A DNA stretch of 63,886 nt, counting the filler, from Octopus bimaculoides (taxonomy: Eukaryota): the NCBI RefSeq assembly GCF_001194135.2. It is 6 parts of 5 records of this genome, joined end to end, with 100 filler letters (N's around TTAATTAATTAA, not from the genome) between each part and the next. Parts side by side here need not be neighbours in the genome. Positions count along the whole stretch, not along the records: positions 34,946 to 44,447 come from NW_026363087.1; positions 44,548 to 53,532 come from NC_068994.1; 4 more parts are not named here. One strand, written 5' to 3'. Made by a program: the position numbers and the translations under genes. Below the pieces are notes generated by a model that made no database searches, was not told where the DNA came from, and saw nothing but the letters and a program-made list of their open reading frames with translations. Below, piece by piece: positions 37,707-49,912 of the stretch (its first letter is position 1; each line of letters begins with the position of its first letter).

Positions 37707-38424
37707 TATATATATNNNNNNNNNNNNNNNNNAACCTTTGATAATGTAAATATGTTAATAGTTACCAGAGGTAGCAAAATTACACTAAAAAACAAGATAT
37801 CACACCCGTTTTACAGGTAAAGATACCAAGTTAAAGTGATACATTTTGAGAAGATATGGATAATAATAATAAATGGAGCAAAACGCATATAAATAAAAGT
37901 TCCTTTAATTCCTACACATGTTTCAAAATAAATGAGAGTCCTGTCACAAAGAAGTAAGAGCTGCTGGGATTCCTCATATATTTCTCTTCAGGGAGTTCAT
38001 AATAAGACATATAATAGCAAGACAAAAACGAAATGATTAGTTAACTTACGAGCAGAGATGTTACATGGTTAGTGACCGTTAGAAGGTTTGTTTACATAGA
38101 GATATAAAGGGGGTCAATAATATTATTCCATGGGCTTTAGGAATAAGAACGCTTGTTTACATAGAGATATAAAGGGAGGGGGTTTTAAACGTGATGCTAA
38201 AGGTTAAACTCAGAGAGTTATTGAAATAGGGGGAGGAAGACAAATATGTTGTAGTTCTGTTAAATTTGAAAGAGCGTGAGCTAATTATATATATATATAT
38301 AATAATATAGATTTAATAATCTAGATTTAATCAAAAGATTAAATGTGGTACTTAAAATATTTGAGGCACGAGAATTTGGTAGGGTAAAGACCCAAAACAA
38401 AATCAAGAGATTTGGTGAATAAAT

Positions 38425-38592
38425 TTTGAAGTTAAGCAACAAAAATTCAATAGGTTATAGCAGTACGTACATTTCGTACAAGTTCCATTTATTGTAAATT
38501 CTATGTGGTGTCCTCACTATATGAATAGATGGAGCTTGTACGAAACGTACGTACTGCTATAACCTATTGAATTTTTGTTGCTTATCTTCAAA
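38425..38592. mobile_element. Small palindromic MITE
   Basis: Arms of about 68 bp, inverted, with a few mismatches, around a spacer of about 30 bp. Confidence 0.6.
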
Positions 38593-38601
38593 TATATATA
38601 T

Positions 38602-38638
<37 letters not shown>

Positions 38639-39001
38639 NNNNNNNNNNNNNNNNNNNNNNNNNNNNNNNNNNNNNNNNNNNNNNNNNNNNNNNNNNNNNN
38701 NNNNNNNNNNNNNNNNNNNNNNNNNNNNNNNNNNNNNNNNNNNNNNNNNNNNNNNNNNNNNNNNNNNNNNNNNNNNNNNNNNNNNNNNNNNNNNNNNNNN
38801 NNNNNNNNNNNNNNNNNNNNNNNNNNNNNNNNNNNNNNNNNNNNNNNNNNNNNNNNNNNNNNNNNNNNNNNNNNNNNNNNNNNNNNNNNNNNNNNNNNNN
38901 NNNNNNNNNNNNNNNNNNNNNNNNNNNNNNNNNNNNNNNNNNNNNNNNNNNNNNNNNNNNNNNNNNNNNNNNNNNNNNNNNNNNNNNNNNNNNNNNNNNN
39001 N

Positions 39002-39041
<40 letters not shown>

Positions 39042-39409
39042 CGTATATACATATATAGATATATATCTGTAATATATGCATATATATTTACACACATATT
39101 ATCAACATATATCTTTGTGTTAATATATATTTATGTGTGTGTGTGTGAGTGTGTATATGTGAATGCGTGCGTATGCGTATGTGTAGAAGGTTGCTTGTTA
39201 TGCCCGGTCACAGAATGACCATTGGTTTCGCGCGTACAAAGCTCTTAGCTGTATAGGTGACACAATAGGCACAAATGGTTGGAGGCACATAACCTCTCTA
39301 CAAGTGAAGGGAGTGCTTCCGGCCATTTAAATTCAGGAAGTCGTCTATATAGTTAAGTGCTCTATACTCCTGAAACCAATGGTCAGTCTCTGACCGCTCA
39401 TGAAAAATA

Positions 39410-39637
39410 TTCTTCTAATTATTGGTCTCAAATTTTGGCACACGCCAGCAAGGCTGGTAGAGGGATTAAGTCGATTACATCGAACCGAGTGCACAACTGG
39501 TACTTATTTTACCGATCTCGCCTGGATGAAAGCCCAAACCGGCTTTGGCGGAATTTGATCACAGAGCGTAAAGATGAACGAAATATTTGTAAACATTTCG
39601 TCTCGTATGCTAACGATTCTGCCAGCTTACCGCCTTA
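39410..39637 (-). mobile_element. SINE family B
   Basis: Family B tail, body and head (TTCTGCCAGCTTACCGCCTT). Confidence 0.82.
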
Positions 39638-39679
39638 AAAACAATAAGTCGGCCAGTTCGGTACCTCCAACCTTCTAAG

Positions 39680-39945
39680 TATTCTTTTCTACTCTAGGCA
39701 AAAAGCCCGACATTTTTGGGGAGGGGACCAATCGATTAGATCGACACCAGTACGCAACTGGTAATTAATTTATCAACCCCGAAATGATAAAAGCCAAAGT
39801 CGACCCTGGCAGAATTTGAGCATAAAGACAGATGAAATACCGCATAGCATTTCGCCCGGTGTGCTAACATTTCTTATTTCTTTATTGCCCACAAGAGGCT
39901 AAGCATAGAAAGAACAAACAACGTTTCGGCCAACTCACCACCTTC
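39680..39945 (-). mobile_element. SINE family B dimer with deleted left arm
   Basis: Same CTAAC-ATTTC-TTATTTCTTTATTGCCCAC junction as 16385-16816. Confidence 0.8.
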
Positions 39946-40218
39946 AACCTTCTAAATATCAACACTGTAATGCTTTAGAGTGTTCTTGTTTTCGGATATG
40001 ATATACGAATTACTGATCGATACATACTTTCATGCATACATACATACAAACAGACAGACAAATATATTAACTGGATAGATTTACAAATATATATGTACTG
40101 TATACACATATATACAAATACATACGCCCACGCACATACACACACATCTAAACATGTAGTAGGTATGTGTGGTGTGTGTGTGTGTATATATATAGCTATA
40201 TATGCATATAAGTATATT

Positions 40219-40318
<100 letters not shown>

Positions 40319-40504
40319 TAAATACACACATATATATATATTATCAATATATATAAATACATATATATATATTTATAAAAAACATGTATGTGGGTGTGTG
40401 TTTATGTATATGCATACATGGATGGATCGATGGATTAGCTAGACACGCACACCCACACACACATGTGTGCTTGTGTCTCTTTTCACTTGTGTGCGTACGT
40501 GCGC

Positions 40505-40740
40505 GTGTGTATGTGTATGTGTTTGTACATACATCTACGTGTGTTTATGTTGTCTGTCTCACCGCCATCACCACTATTTGACAACCAGTGTTGGTCCGCT
40601 TACATCCCCGAGACTAGCGTTTCGACAGAAGAGACCAATAAAATAAGCACTACTGGAACCAATTCGTTCAACTAAATATTTCACGGTGATGCCCAGCAAT
40701 GTCATAGTGCAATGAGTGGAACACATAACAGATAAAGAAA
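40505..40740 (+). mobile_element. SINE family A, 3' half
   Basis: TTGACAACCAGTGTTGG...CACGGTGATGCCCAGCA. Confidence 0.7.
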
Positions 40741-41034
40741 AGCGTTGGAATATTTACCGGTGACATTAGTAGTGGTGGTGGTGGTGGTGGTGTTGAGGGG
40801 TAGTGTGAATCAATTCCTTCTTGGGAAAATGTGTGTTGACCGAGACTTCGTTTTGTTTGGCAGTTAATTCATCCAGCAGAGTTGAATACATCGTAAAGAT
40901 AATCTTAAAACCCCCGACAATGCAAATTTCATAATTAAACTGCCTGTTCCTCTTTCCTGTGTCCCCTCCTCTCTCTCTCTTTCTGTGTCTATCTATCTAT
41001 CTATCATCTCTCTGTCTATTTCTCTCTGTGTACA

Positions 41035-41151
<117 letters not shown>

Positions 41152-41806
41152 TACTGTTTAGTGATAGAAAATTCAACAAAAATGCTAATCCATCTAGTGA
41201 GAGATGTACATCAGTTTTTTAAAGGACACAATATATATATTTAAGTGCTCCTAATAGTTTCATATGCTCAGAAATACCTCAAAGATATTCTTCAGGCAAA
41301 AACCATAACGAAGTAAAAAAAAATTGGACAAGAGAAGAGACACGAAAAAAACTGAGAAGACAGCATATAAATAATGCAAACTGTAAAAAATGGAAAACGA
41401 AAACACAAAAAATAAATGACAAAGTAAAAATTAAATGTTAAAAGAGTTATCCACCGTAGACCTTAAATTATAAAGCTAGAATGATCTCAGCAAGTTAATT
41501 GGGAATAGGCAAATTTTCCGCTTCCTCAAAATATATTATATGTATGCTTGCTACCGTAGAACATATCAGACCTAGATTTCGGTAGAGTTAGGGATCTTAA
41601 ATTTGAAAAAAATCTGCACTCTTTCAACTAAACAAAATCTTCATTTATTCCATCTATTGCAATTGGAGTGAACTTGAAACAAAATGTTTCTGAAGAGAAC
41701 TTTTTACCAAACGGACATATATACGCCACTCCCTTATACATACATACATACATACATACATACATACATGCATGCATGCATGTATACATACATAGATACA
41801 TATATA

Positions 41807-41851
<45 letters not shown>

Positions 41852-42127
41852 GTACATAGTTTATAGAAACAACACTCTATAATTACATACGCGAATCTAT
41901 GCATGCCAACGTGTAGAGATAAGTATGTACTTGCTTGGGTGCTTGTGTATGTGCGTATATTTATGTGTGTGTGTGTGCGCGTGTGTGTTCAGTTAGATGT
42001 GTCTGCGCAAGAGTTTTTAACGAAAATATATTTTGGTACATGAAGAGCAGCCATTGAAACATACAGATAGGATATTTACTTGATACAAATTGTAAATTTG
42101 TATACGCATCTAATCAAATCCGTCAAA

Positions 42128-42531
42128 TTTTTTTCTACTTTAGGCACAAGGCCCGAATTTTTTTTTTGGTGGGGGGAGGGAGCCAGTCGATTAGATCGAT
42201 CCCAGTAAGCAACTGATACTTAATTTATCGACCCCGAAAGGATGAAAGGCAAAGTCGACCTCGGCGGAGTTTGAACTCAGAGCACAAGGACAGATAAAAT
42301 ACCGCTAAGCATTTCACTCAGCGTTCTAACTTTTCTGCCAGCTCACCGACTTTATATTCTTTTTTACTCTAGACACAAGGCCCGAAATTTTGGAGAAGGG
42401 GGCCGGTCGATGAGATCGACCCCAGCACGAAACTGGTACTTAATTTATCGACCCCGAAAGGATGAAAGGCATAGTTGTCCACGTCGGAATTTGAACTCAG
42501 AACGTAAAGAAAGACGAAATACAGCTAGCAT
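42128..42531 (-). mobile_element. Two tandem SINE family B copies (42128-42352 and 42358-42531)
   Basis: Both contain GAAAGGATGAAAGGCA and TTTGAACTCAGA. Confidence 0.88.
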
Positions 42532-43077
42532 NNNNNNNNNNNNNNNNNNNNNNNNNNNNNNNNNNNNNNNNNNNNNNNNNNNNNNNNNNNNNNNNNNNNN
42601 NNNNNNNNNNNNNNNNNNNNNNNNNNNNNNNNNNNNNNNNNNNNNNNNNNNNNNNNNNNNNNNNNNNNNNNNNNNNNNNNNNNNNNNNNNNNNNNNNNNN
42701 NNNNNNNNNNNNNNNNNNNNNNNNNNNNNNNNNNNNNNNNNNNNNNNNNNNNNNNNNNNNNNNNNNNNNNNNNNNNNNNNNNNNNNNNNNNNNNNNNNNN
42801 NNNNNNNNNNNNNNNNNNNNNNNNNNNNNNNNNNNNNNNNNNNNNNNNNNNNNNNNNNNNNNNNNNNNNNNNNNNNNNNNNNNNNNNNNNNNNNNNNNNN
42901 NNNNNNNNNNNNNNNNNNNNNNNNNNNNNNNNNNNNNNNNNNNNNNNNNNNNNNNNNNNNNNNNNNNNNNNNNNNNNNNNNNNNNNNNNNNNNNNNNNNN
43001 NNNNNNNNNNNNNNNNNNNNNNNNNNNNNNNNNNNNNNNNNNNNNNNNAATAATAATAATAATAATAATAATAGTAA

Positions 43078-43142
<65 letters not shown>

Positions 43143-43162
43143 ATAATAATAATAATAATAAT

Positions 43163-43724
43163 AAATGCCCGGATGCAGTACCAGGCAGTGGCTCTCATGG
43201 CTTCTGATCTTAAATGATTGGAAGTGTTATCATCTACATTGTTTTGTCTTGGTATAAAAAGATGGGCTACAACAATTATTGTGCTTAATACCAAAGATTT
43301 GCTTGTCAGTTGTTTGACCTTAACCAGTTGAGCATGTCCCTTGGTGGCTGACGATATGTGCATCTCTCATCCTGTGCAGAAGTAGTGGGGGAGCATCATA
43401 GACATGTATTGAGAGAAATTATTTGGGGTTCGGATAATTCACCTCTCGATACATGAGTGTTTGGCTCAACATTCTTAAACAAACCTTATTCAGGGACCTC
43501 TTGAGCGGGATGGGCTACTCGACCTGAAGAAAATTCTAACTGGGCCCCACCTGCGAGGCCATGCGCTGTTTATCTTGATATGAGATCACCTTGTCGCGCA
43601 CACATGGTTGTGATGCATGTGCCTGGTGTACCCTTATCAGACGGTTAGTCATGATGGGTATAATGGGCTTCTTATATTTTACCCCAGTGTCACTTTGATG
43701 GCATGCACTGCTCTCTCACTCAAT
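43163..43724. mobile_element. (AAT)n-flanked interspersed repeat, family E
   Basis: Homologous to 63290-63550; both sit between AAT runs; no ORF recognised. Confidence 0.75.
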
Positions 43725-43744
43725 AATAATAATGATAATAATAA

Positions 43745-44447
43745 TCAAAATTAAAATAATATGTGGTGAAAAGATTAGAAAACGACAACACTCCCACAAA
43801 AAACCTTCTTGGCAAGAGCGCATTCAACACCAAATTAAGCTACTTAGATCTGNNNNNNNNNNAGAGCGCATTCAACACCAAATTAAGCTACTTAGATCTG
43901 ACAAAGAATGTTTGGAAAACCTTAAATTTGACAAGAGTATCAAACCTACAAAGACCTAAAAACTGCGAAATTTTTATTTGTAAGTATGAGATCATGGAGA
44001 ACCACACTGATGTTGAACAATGACAATGAATCTCTAAATGCTGGAGATGTAAGAATCTCATGTGGCATTTTCCAAATGTGACTCACTATCACTACTCCTC
44101 TTCTGTCTAGCCTTAATACCTCTCTCAAAATTGCTCAATGATGCACAGTATAGTTATAAAGTATTTGATAAAAATATAAATCATCTCATTTACATGGATG
44201 ATTTAAAGCTTTTTGCAAAAAATGACCAACAACTCAAAGGCCTACTAGCGATTGTTAAACAATTCAGTGATGACATCAGGATGCAATTTGGCCTTGATAA
44301 ATGTGCAAAAGCTACTTTATCAAAGGAAAAATGACAAAAACATCTAATGTGAACCTTGACCAGCAAAATGTCATAAAAGAGTTAGAACTAGCGGAGAGCT
44401 ACAAATACCTAGGGGCAATTGAAGGGTACAATATCAAGCATTCAGTG
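43745..44447 (+). mobile_element. R4/Dong-like LINE fragment with large internal deletion
   Basis: DSLSLLLFCLALIPLSKLL, INHLIYMDDLKLFAKNDQQL (YMDD at 44191), MQFGLDKCAK, YKYLG; upstream PSWQERIQHQI piece; frameshifted. Confidence 0.8.
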
Positions 44448-44617
44448 NNNNNNNNNNNNNNNNNNNNNNNNNNNNNNNNNNNNNNNNNNNNTTAATTAAT
44501 TAANNNNNNNNNNNNNNNNNNNNNNNNNNNNNNNNNNNNNNNNNNNNATATATATATCATATCTGTTTTATATTATCATAAATATGTACTATAGTAAATA
44601 TGTAGTTTCATATGTTT

Positions 44618-44648
<31 letters not shown>

Positions 44649-45429
44649 ATGGATCATATTGTATGTATTTTATTGTTATATATGTTTTATATGATAATAT
44701 ATGTATTGTATTATGTTATATATGTCCCTGAGTACAAACAGTAATTCACAAAGGAAAATATATCGTCGACAACAAGGAGAGGAAAAAATTCTATCGAAGC
44801 AAAGAACAAAGACCTTAAGTCGATGTAAGAGAAAAAGAAAAGAAAAAAACAGGTAAACCACTGTGACAGAAAGAGCGAGAGAGAGAGGGGCGGAAAGAGG
44901 GAGAGATTATAAAGACGGATTACTAAATACATGTATTAGGGAAATCGCTTTTAATGGCGAGTAAATCTGATGGTCGCAGGAAATTGTTCGATGACAATCA
45001 GTGAAACTAGGGTTTCAGAAAATCAAAATATAAAGACAACCAACTCCGTATTTCGGAGCAATTTGTTAAAGAAACAGTCTCGGATCATAATGGAATAGGG
45101 TCAGTTTTTGCTGTCGTCGTCGTCGTCGTCGTTGTTGTTGTTGTTGTTGTTGTCTTTGAAGCCTGAACCACGTGATTGTGAAACAAACTTCTTCCACCCA
45201 ACCACACCATATTTATTTATTTTAAGAAGAAAATCATTTACTGCTGAACTTCGCAAAATAAATACGGTACTGAAAGACAAACCAATCTTTTCCTCTTTTC
45301 TCTTATTATTATTTCGTTGTTAGACGTACAAATAATTGAATCATTAAATTTGTCGACGCCGACAACTTTACAACAAAGAGATGCGGTAATTCTTATTAAA
45401 AACACACTGAAATTACTGACATAGATACA

Positions 45430-45660
45430 GCAACAAGTTGTAATGGTTTGGCGACAATTCCTCTAACGACTAATGCAAACAGGTTCTTACACGAGCTAAA
45501 CTACTTCAAATACCTTCCCAAATCTTCCATGGAAGTGGTAAGCTAATACCAATCCTAAAAGAAAACATATGTCCCATCCTGAACGGAGGAAGCAGAGCAA
45601 ATGCTGGCAATTGTAGCCTTATGTCTGAGATGTATCGAATTATCAGCGAGAAACTAATTC
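45430..45660 (+). mobile_element. Decayed CR1/L2/Jockey-type LINE relic
   Basis: ICPILNGGSRANAGNCSL resembles the PIxKxG..xxxNYRPISL motif. Confidence 0.35.
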
Positions 45661-45807
45661 TGTGTTGTGGGAGGAGGAGGAGGACTTGCTAAGGAGTTTC
45701 TCTTCTGCCAGAAGCCGTTTCTAACAGATGCTGCCGTAGTAGGGATGAGAGAAGGATATTTCTTCAAACTTGATCATAGAATAATAAACTATAGACTAAC
45801 TGACGTT

Positions 45808-45985
45808 GGCGCTGGCGTGGCTGTGTGGTAAGTAGTTTGTTTACAAACCACATGGTTCTGGGTTCAGTCCCACTGCGTCGCACCTTGGGCAAGTGTCTTC
45901 TATTATAACCCCGGGCCGACCAAAGCCTTGCCAGTGGATTTGGTAGACAGAAACTGAAAAAAGCCCATCGTGTGTGTGTGTGTGT
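45808..45985 (+). mobile_element. SINE family A, 5' half
   Basis: GGCGCTGGCGTGGCTGTGTGGTAAG...GGTTCAGTCCC...TTGGGCAAGTGTC. Confidence 0.88.
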
Positions 45986-46004
45986 ATATGGTCGTCTCGT
46001 AATA

Positions 46005-46202
46005 TTCTTCTTTAGTCTAAGCACGAGGCCCGAAATTTTGGGGGAAGGGGCCAGTCGATTAGATCTGGTACTTAATTTATCGGCATCGAAAGGATGAAAG
46101 GCAAAGTCGACCTCGGCGGAATTTGAACTCAGAACGTAAAGACAGACGAAATACCGCTAAAAATTTCGCCCGGCATGCTAACGTTTCTGCCAGCTCGCCG
46201 CG
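46005..46202 (-). mobile_element. SINE family B
   Basis: Near-consensus body and head. Confidence 0.9.
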
Positions 46203-46409
46203 TTGGTCGGCTCGTAATATTAAATTTGCTTTTAAATTAAAAGTAATCCAATCCGCTTTACATTAACCGAGATGCGGGTTTGATTGGAGCGTTTATTGCG
46301 TTAGAAAAGTCATTTATATCTGGTAGTTCTTAAAAGGATTACTTTCAGACATTAACATCAAAACCTGTGCAGATATTTGGACTGGACCCCTTATATAATA
46401 ATGGCTTCA

Positions 46410-46600
46410 GATTTAGGTACAAAGCCAGCAGTTTCAGAGAAGGGTGAGTCGATTACATTGACTCCAGTGCTTAACTGGTATTTGTTTTATCAACCCCCGA
46501 GAGGATGAAAGGCAAAGTCGACGCCGGCGGCATTCGAACTCAGAGCATAAAAACGTAGAAACGCCGCTAAGTCTTTTGCCCGGCGTGCTACCAAGTCTAC
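46410..46600 (-). mobile_element. SINE family B
   Basis: GGATGAAAGGCAAAGTCGACG...TTGCCCGGCGTGCTA. Confidence 0.82.
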
Positions 46601-48420
46601 CTATAAAGTATCGAAAGCTTAGAAGTGTATACGCGATCATTTGATCTTCAAGAAACTGCGATCAAACTTCCTTCAAATACTATTCCACTGTCTTCAATTA
46701 TGGTTAAATATGCGGGATAAATTAATATTGAATATAATGCACACACAAAAAAAAAAATGGAGATTGTCGTGGTTAGAGGGTTGATGGAACGCTGTTTCGT
46801 CGACACAGGGAAATGCTTTTTACATGTGCGAAAGCCGTAAAAGAACATCAGTGAGTACAACTATACAGGAAACGGGCGTCAAAGCTCCTAGAAATGTGAG
46901 TCCCCAACAAAATTTTTTAAATATTCACAGAATTTTCCACCAAACATCATTGATAGATAATCTAGAAAAATATATGGCTTTACAGAATGACTCCAACAAC
47001 AACATCGACAATAACAGGAAATACTTTTGACTTACGTCTCAACGTCACAAGATCGCAATTAAAAATAACGTGTCACATGAAAACACTTTGTCAACATGAC
47101 AATGCACACGCACACACATACACACACGCACACAACACATACATACATACACACATACATACATATTCACATACACACGCACGCATACATACATACACAC
47201 TTACATACATACATACATACATACACATACACATACACACGCACATATAAATATAAATATAATTATATATATATACACACACATACACACATACATATAT
47301 ATTACATACAAAAATAAGAGGAATGACCAGCAAAAGTGGACTCTTATATGCTAGAAATAGATGCCGAATCATCTAACCACGAAAAAAAAAATATGTTCTC
47401 AGTGTCGCTGAATTTTTACTGAGAACATATTTTTTTTCGTGGTTAGATGATTCGGCATCTATTTCTAGCATATANNNNNNNNNNNNNNNNNNNNNNNNNN
47501 NNNNNNNNNNNNNNNNNNNNNNNNNNNNNNNNNNNNNNNNNNNNNNNNNNNNNNNNNNNNNNNNNNNNNNNNNNNNNNNNNNNNNNNNNNNNNNNNNNNN
47601 NNNNNNNNNNNNNNNNNNNNNNNNNNNNNNNNNNNNNNNNNNNNNNNNNNNNNNNNNNNNNNNNNNNNNNNNNNNNNNNNNNNNNNNNNNNNNNNNNNNN
47701 NNNNNNNNNNNNNNNNNNNNNNNNNNNNNNNNNNNNNNNNNNNNNNNNNNNNNNNNNNNNNNNNNNNNNNNNNNNNNNNNNNNNNNNNNNNNNNNNNNNN
47801 NNNNNNNNNNNNNNNNNNNNNNNNNNNNNNNNNNNNNNNNNNNNNNNNNNNNNNNNNNNNNNNNNNNNNNNNNNNNNNNNNNNNNNNNNNNNNNNNNNNN
47901 NNNNNNNNNNNNNNNNNNNNNNNNNNNNNNNNNNNNNNNNNNNNNNNNNNNNNNNNNNNNNNNNNNNNNNNNNNNNNNNNNNNNNNNNNNNNNNNNNNNN
48001 NNNNNNNNNNNNNNNNNNNNNNNNNNNNNNNNNNNNNNNNNNNNNNNNNNNNNNNNNNNNNNNNNNNNNNNNNNNNNNNNNNNNNNNNNNNNNNNNNNNN
48101 NNNNNNNNNNNNNNNNNNNNNNNNNNNNNNNNNNNNNNNNNNNNNNNNNNNNNNNNNNNNNNNNNNNNNNNNNNNNNNNNNNNNNNNNNNNNNNNNNNNN
48201 NNNNNNNNNNNNNNNNNNNNNNNNNNNNNNNNNNNNNNNNNNNNNNNNNNNNNNNNNNNNNNNNNNNNNNNNNNNNNNNNNNNNNNNNNNNNNNNNNNNN
48301 NNNNNNNNNNNNNNNNNNNNNNNNNNNNNNNNNNNNNNNNNNNNNNNNNNNNNNNNNNNNNNNNNNNNNNNNNNNNNNNNNNNNNNNNNNNNNNNNNNNN
48401 NNNNNNNNNNNNNNNNNNNN

Positions 48421-48722
48421 NGTAATCGCACGGTTTCAAGTTCGGTTTCAGTGCGCGGCGCCTTAGGCAAAGGACTTCCGCTAAAGCCCCGAGTCGTCCA
48501 ACGCTTTGGAGTGAGTTTTGGAGACGAAAACTGTGTGGAATCTCGTTGTTGTACCAGTAATTAAATGGGCCAGCTTTGTCACATTCTGTGTCATGCTGAA
48601 TTTCCCCGAGAACTATGTTAGAGGCACGCGTATCTGTGGAATGCTCAGCCACTTGCACGTTAATTTCACGAGCAGGCTGTTCCGTTGATTAAGTCAGCTG
48701 GAACCCTTGTCGTCGTAATCGT
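48421..48722 (+). mobile_element. Chimeric SINE: family A-like 5' half plus family D 3' module
   Basis: CCTTAGGCAAAGG...GTGAGTTTTGGAGACGAAAACTG joined to GCTCAGCCACTTGCACGTTAATTTCACGAGCAGGCTGTTCCGTTGAT. Confidence 0.8.
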
Positions 48723-49740
48723 AATGCCCAGCCTGAGTAGGCATTTACTTACCCAAGGTGCCACGTAGTGGGACTGAACCTAAAAGTACGTGGTTGCGAA
48801 ATGGAAAAAAAAAAACTGAAGAGAAAATAACAAATAAATAAATAAATAGTAAAATATTAGTTTAACCAATGAACAACAAATAAGTGTTCACGGGTGTAGT
48901 TTAAGGGGGATAACTCTAGTATAAAATGTTGCTATAATTTTAAAAATAACGATATGAACATAATTAGAATCTAAACATAAATTAGAAACAAAAGAAACAA
49001 GTTCACGCTGAAACAAGTTCCTCTACCCACATTTTCCCATCTACTTCTTTACCATATGGGGCCCTAACAAAATCTGATAATAGATACTATGCATTTTAAA
49101 GACTGTTTCGTATTATAAAATGATTTTCAAACTAATATTTTATTTAATGCTAAAACCAAATATATTTCCAATATTACATTTAATAATATATTTTTTATTA
49201 TATAGAGTGGTTAATTACACCGAAATAAATTACAATATAATTCATCTGGAGTCTGTGTTCGTCTAAGGCCTCTGTTGATAAAGTGGTCCAATGTCGTGTT
49301 TACTTGCTCAACAGGAAGTTGTACCCACGTGTTTGTCCACGACAAACCTGTTCTACCCTGGGTCCGATTTATTTTTCAATTTAGATTTGATTCTCTTGGA
49401 TCATTCTTAAAGGTAAGTCAAGAAATTACACTTACTTATTCCCCATTTCAGTTGTCATATTGTTATATTGTTATGTCGCTGTTTTTCTTACTTTGTCTTT
49501 AATTCTGTTGCTGCGTTAATCTCTCCCACCACGACCTCCAGTACAAAACAGAAGGCAACATATAAAAAACTGCTTGCTACAACCCATGTATGTCTACCAA
49601 AATTCTACAGTATGGTGTTGACGTCATAAGAAAAGAATACTTTTTTTCGAACGGTGAATCTCGAAGCACATAAAACATTCCTTGTTAATATTGGGTTAAA
49701 AATAAAATCCACTTGGAAAGAAAAAGTTGAAAGCTTCGGT

Positions 49741-49912
49741 TGGGACTCGAACTCACATCTATTTACGAAATATGTAGTATTCGAGTCCCAGGGTAGGATT
49801 CGACGGCGAAAGTAAAGAATACGTACACCCGGTGTTTAGGGTTAGGGTTACACCGAAAACGGGTGGTGTACGTATTTTTTACCTCCGCCGCCTTCAACTT
49901 TTCCTATCCAGG
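49741..49912. repeat. Compound inverted repeat with (TTAGGG)2 loop
   Basis: CGGTGT-TTAGGGTTAGGGTT-ACACCG (49830-49855) inside arms 49804-49829 / 49865-49890; separate hairpin 49741-49751 / 49780-49790. Confidence 0.8.

Noticed and set aside
43480-43560. HDV-like or hammerhead ribozyme in family E (GGGCCCC/GGGACC pairing, CTGAAGA)
   Set aside because: Could not build the nested double pseudoknot, and no stem II-GAAA follows CTGAAGA
43815-43900. 38-bp direct duplication in the R4-like element
   Set aside because: The identical copies flank a 10-N gap: an unmerged contig overlap
47345-47474. Near-perfect 57-59 bp inverted repeat
   Set aside because: It ends exactly at a gap edge and the arms differ only in homopolymer length; likely an assembly artefact
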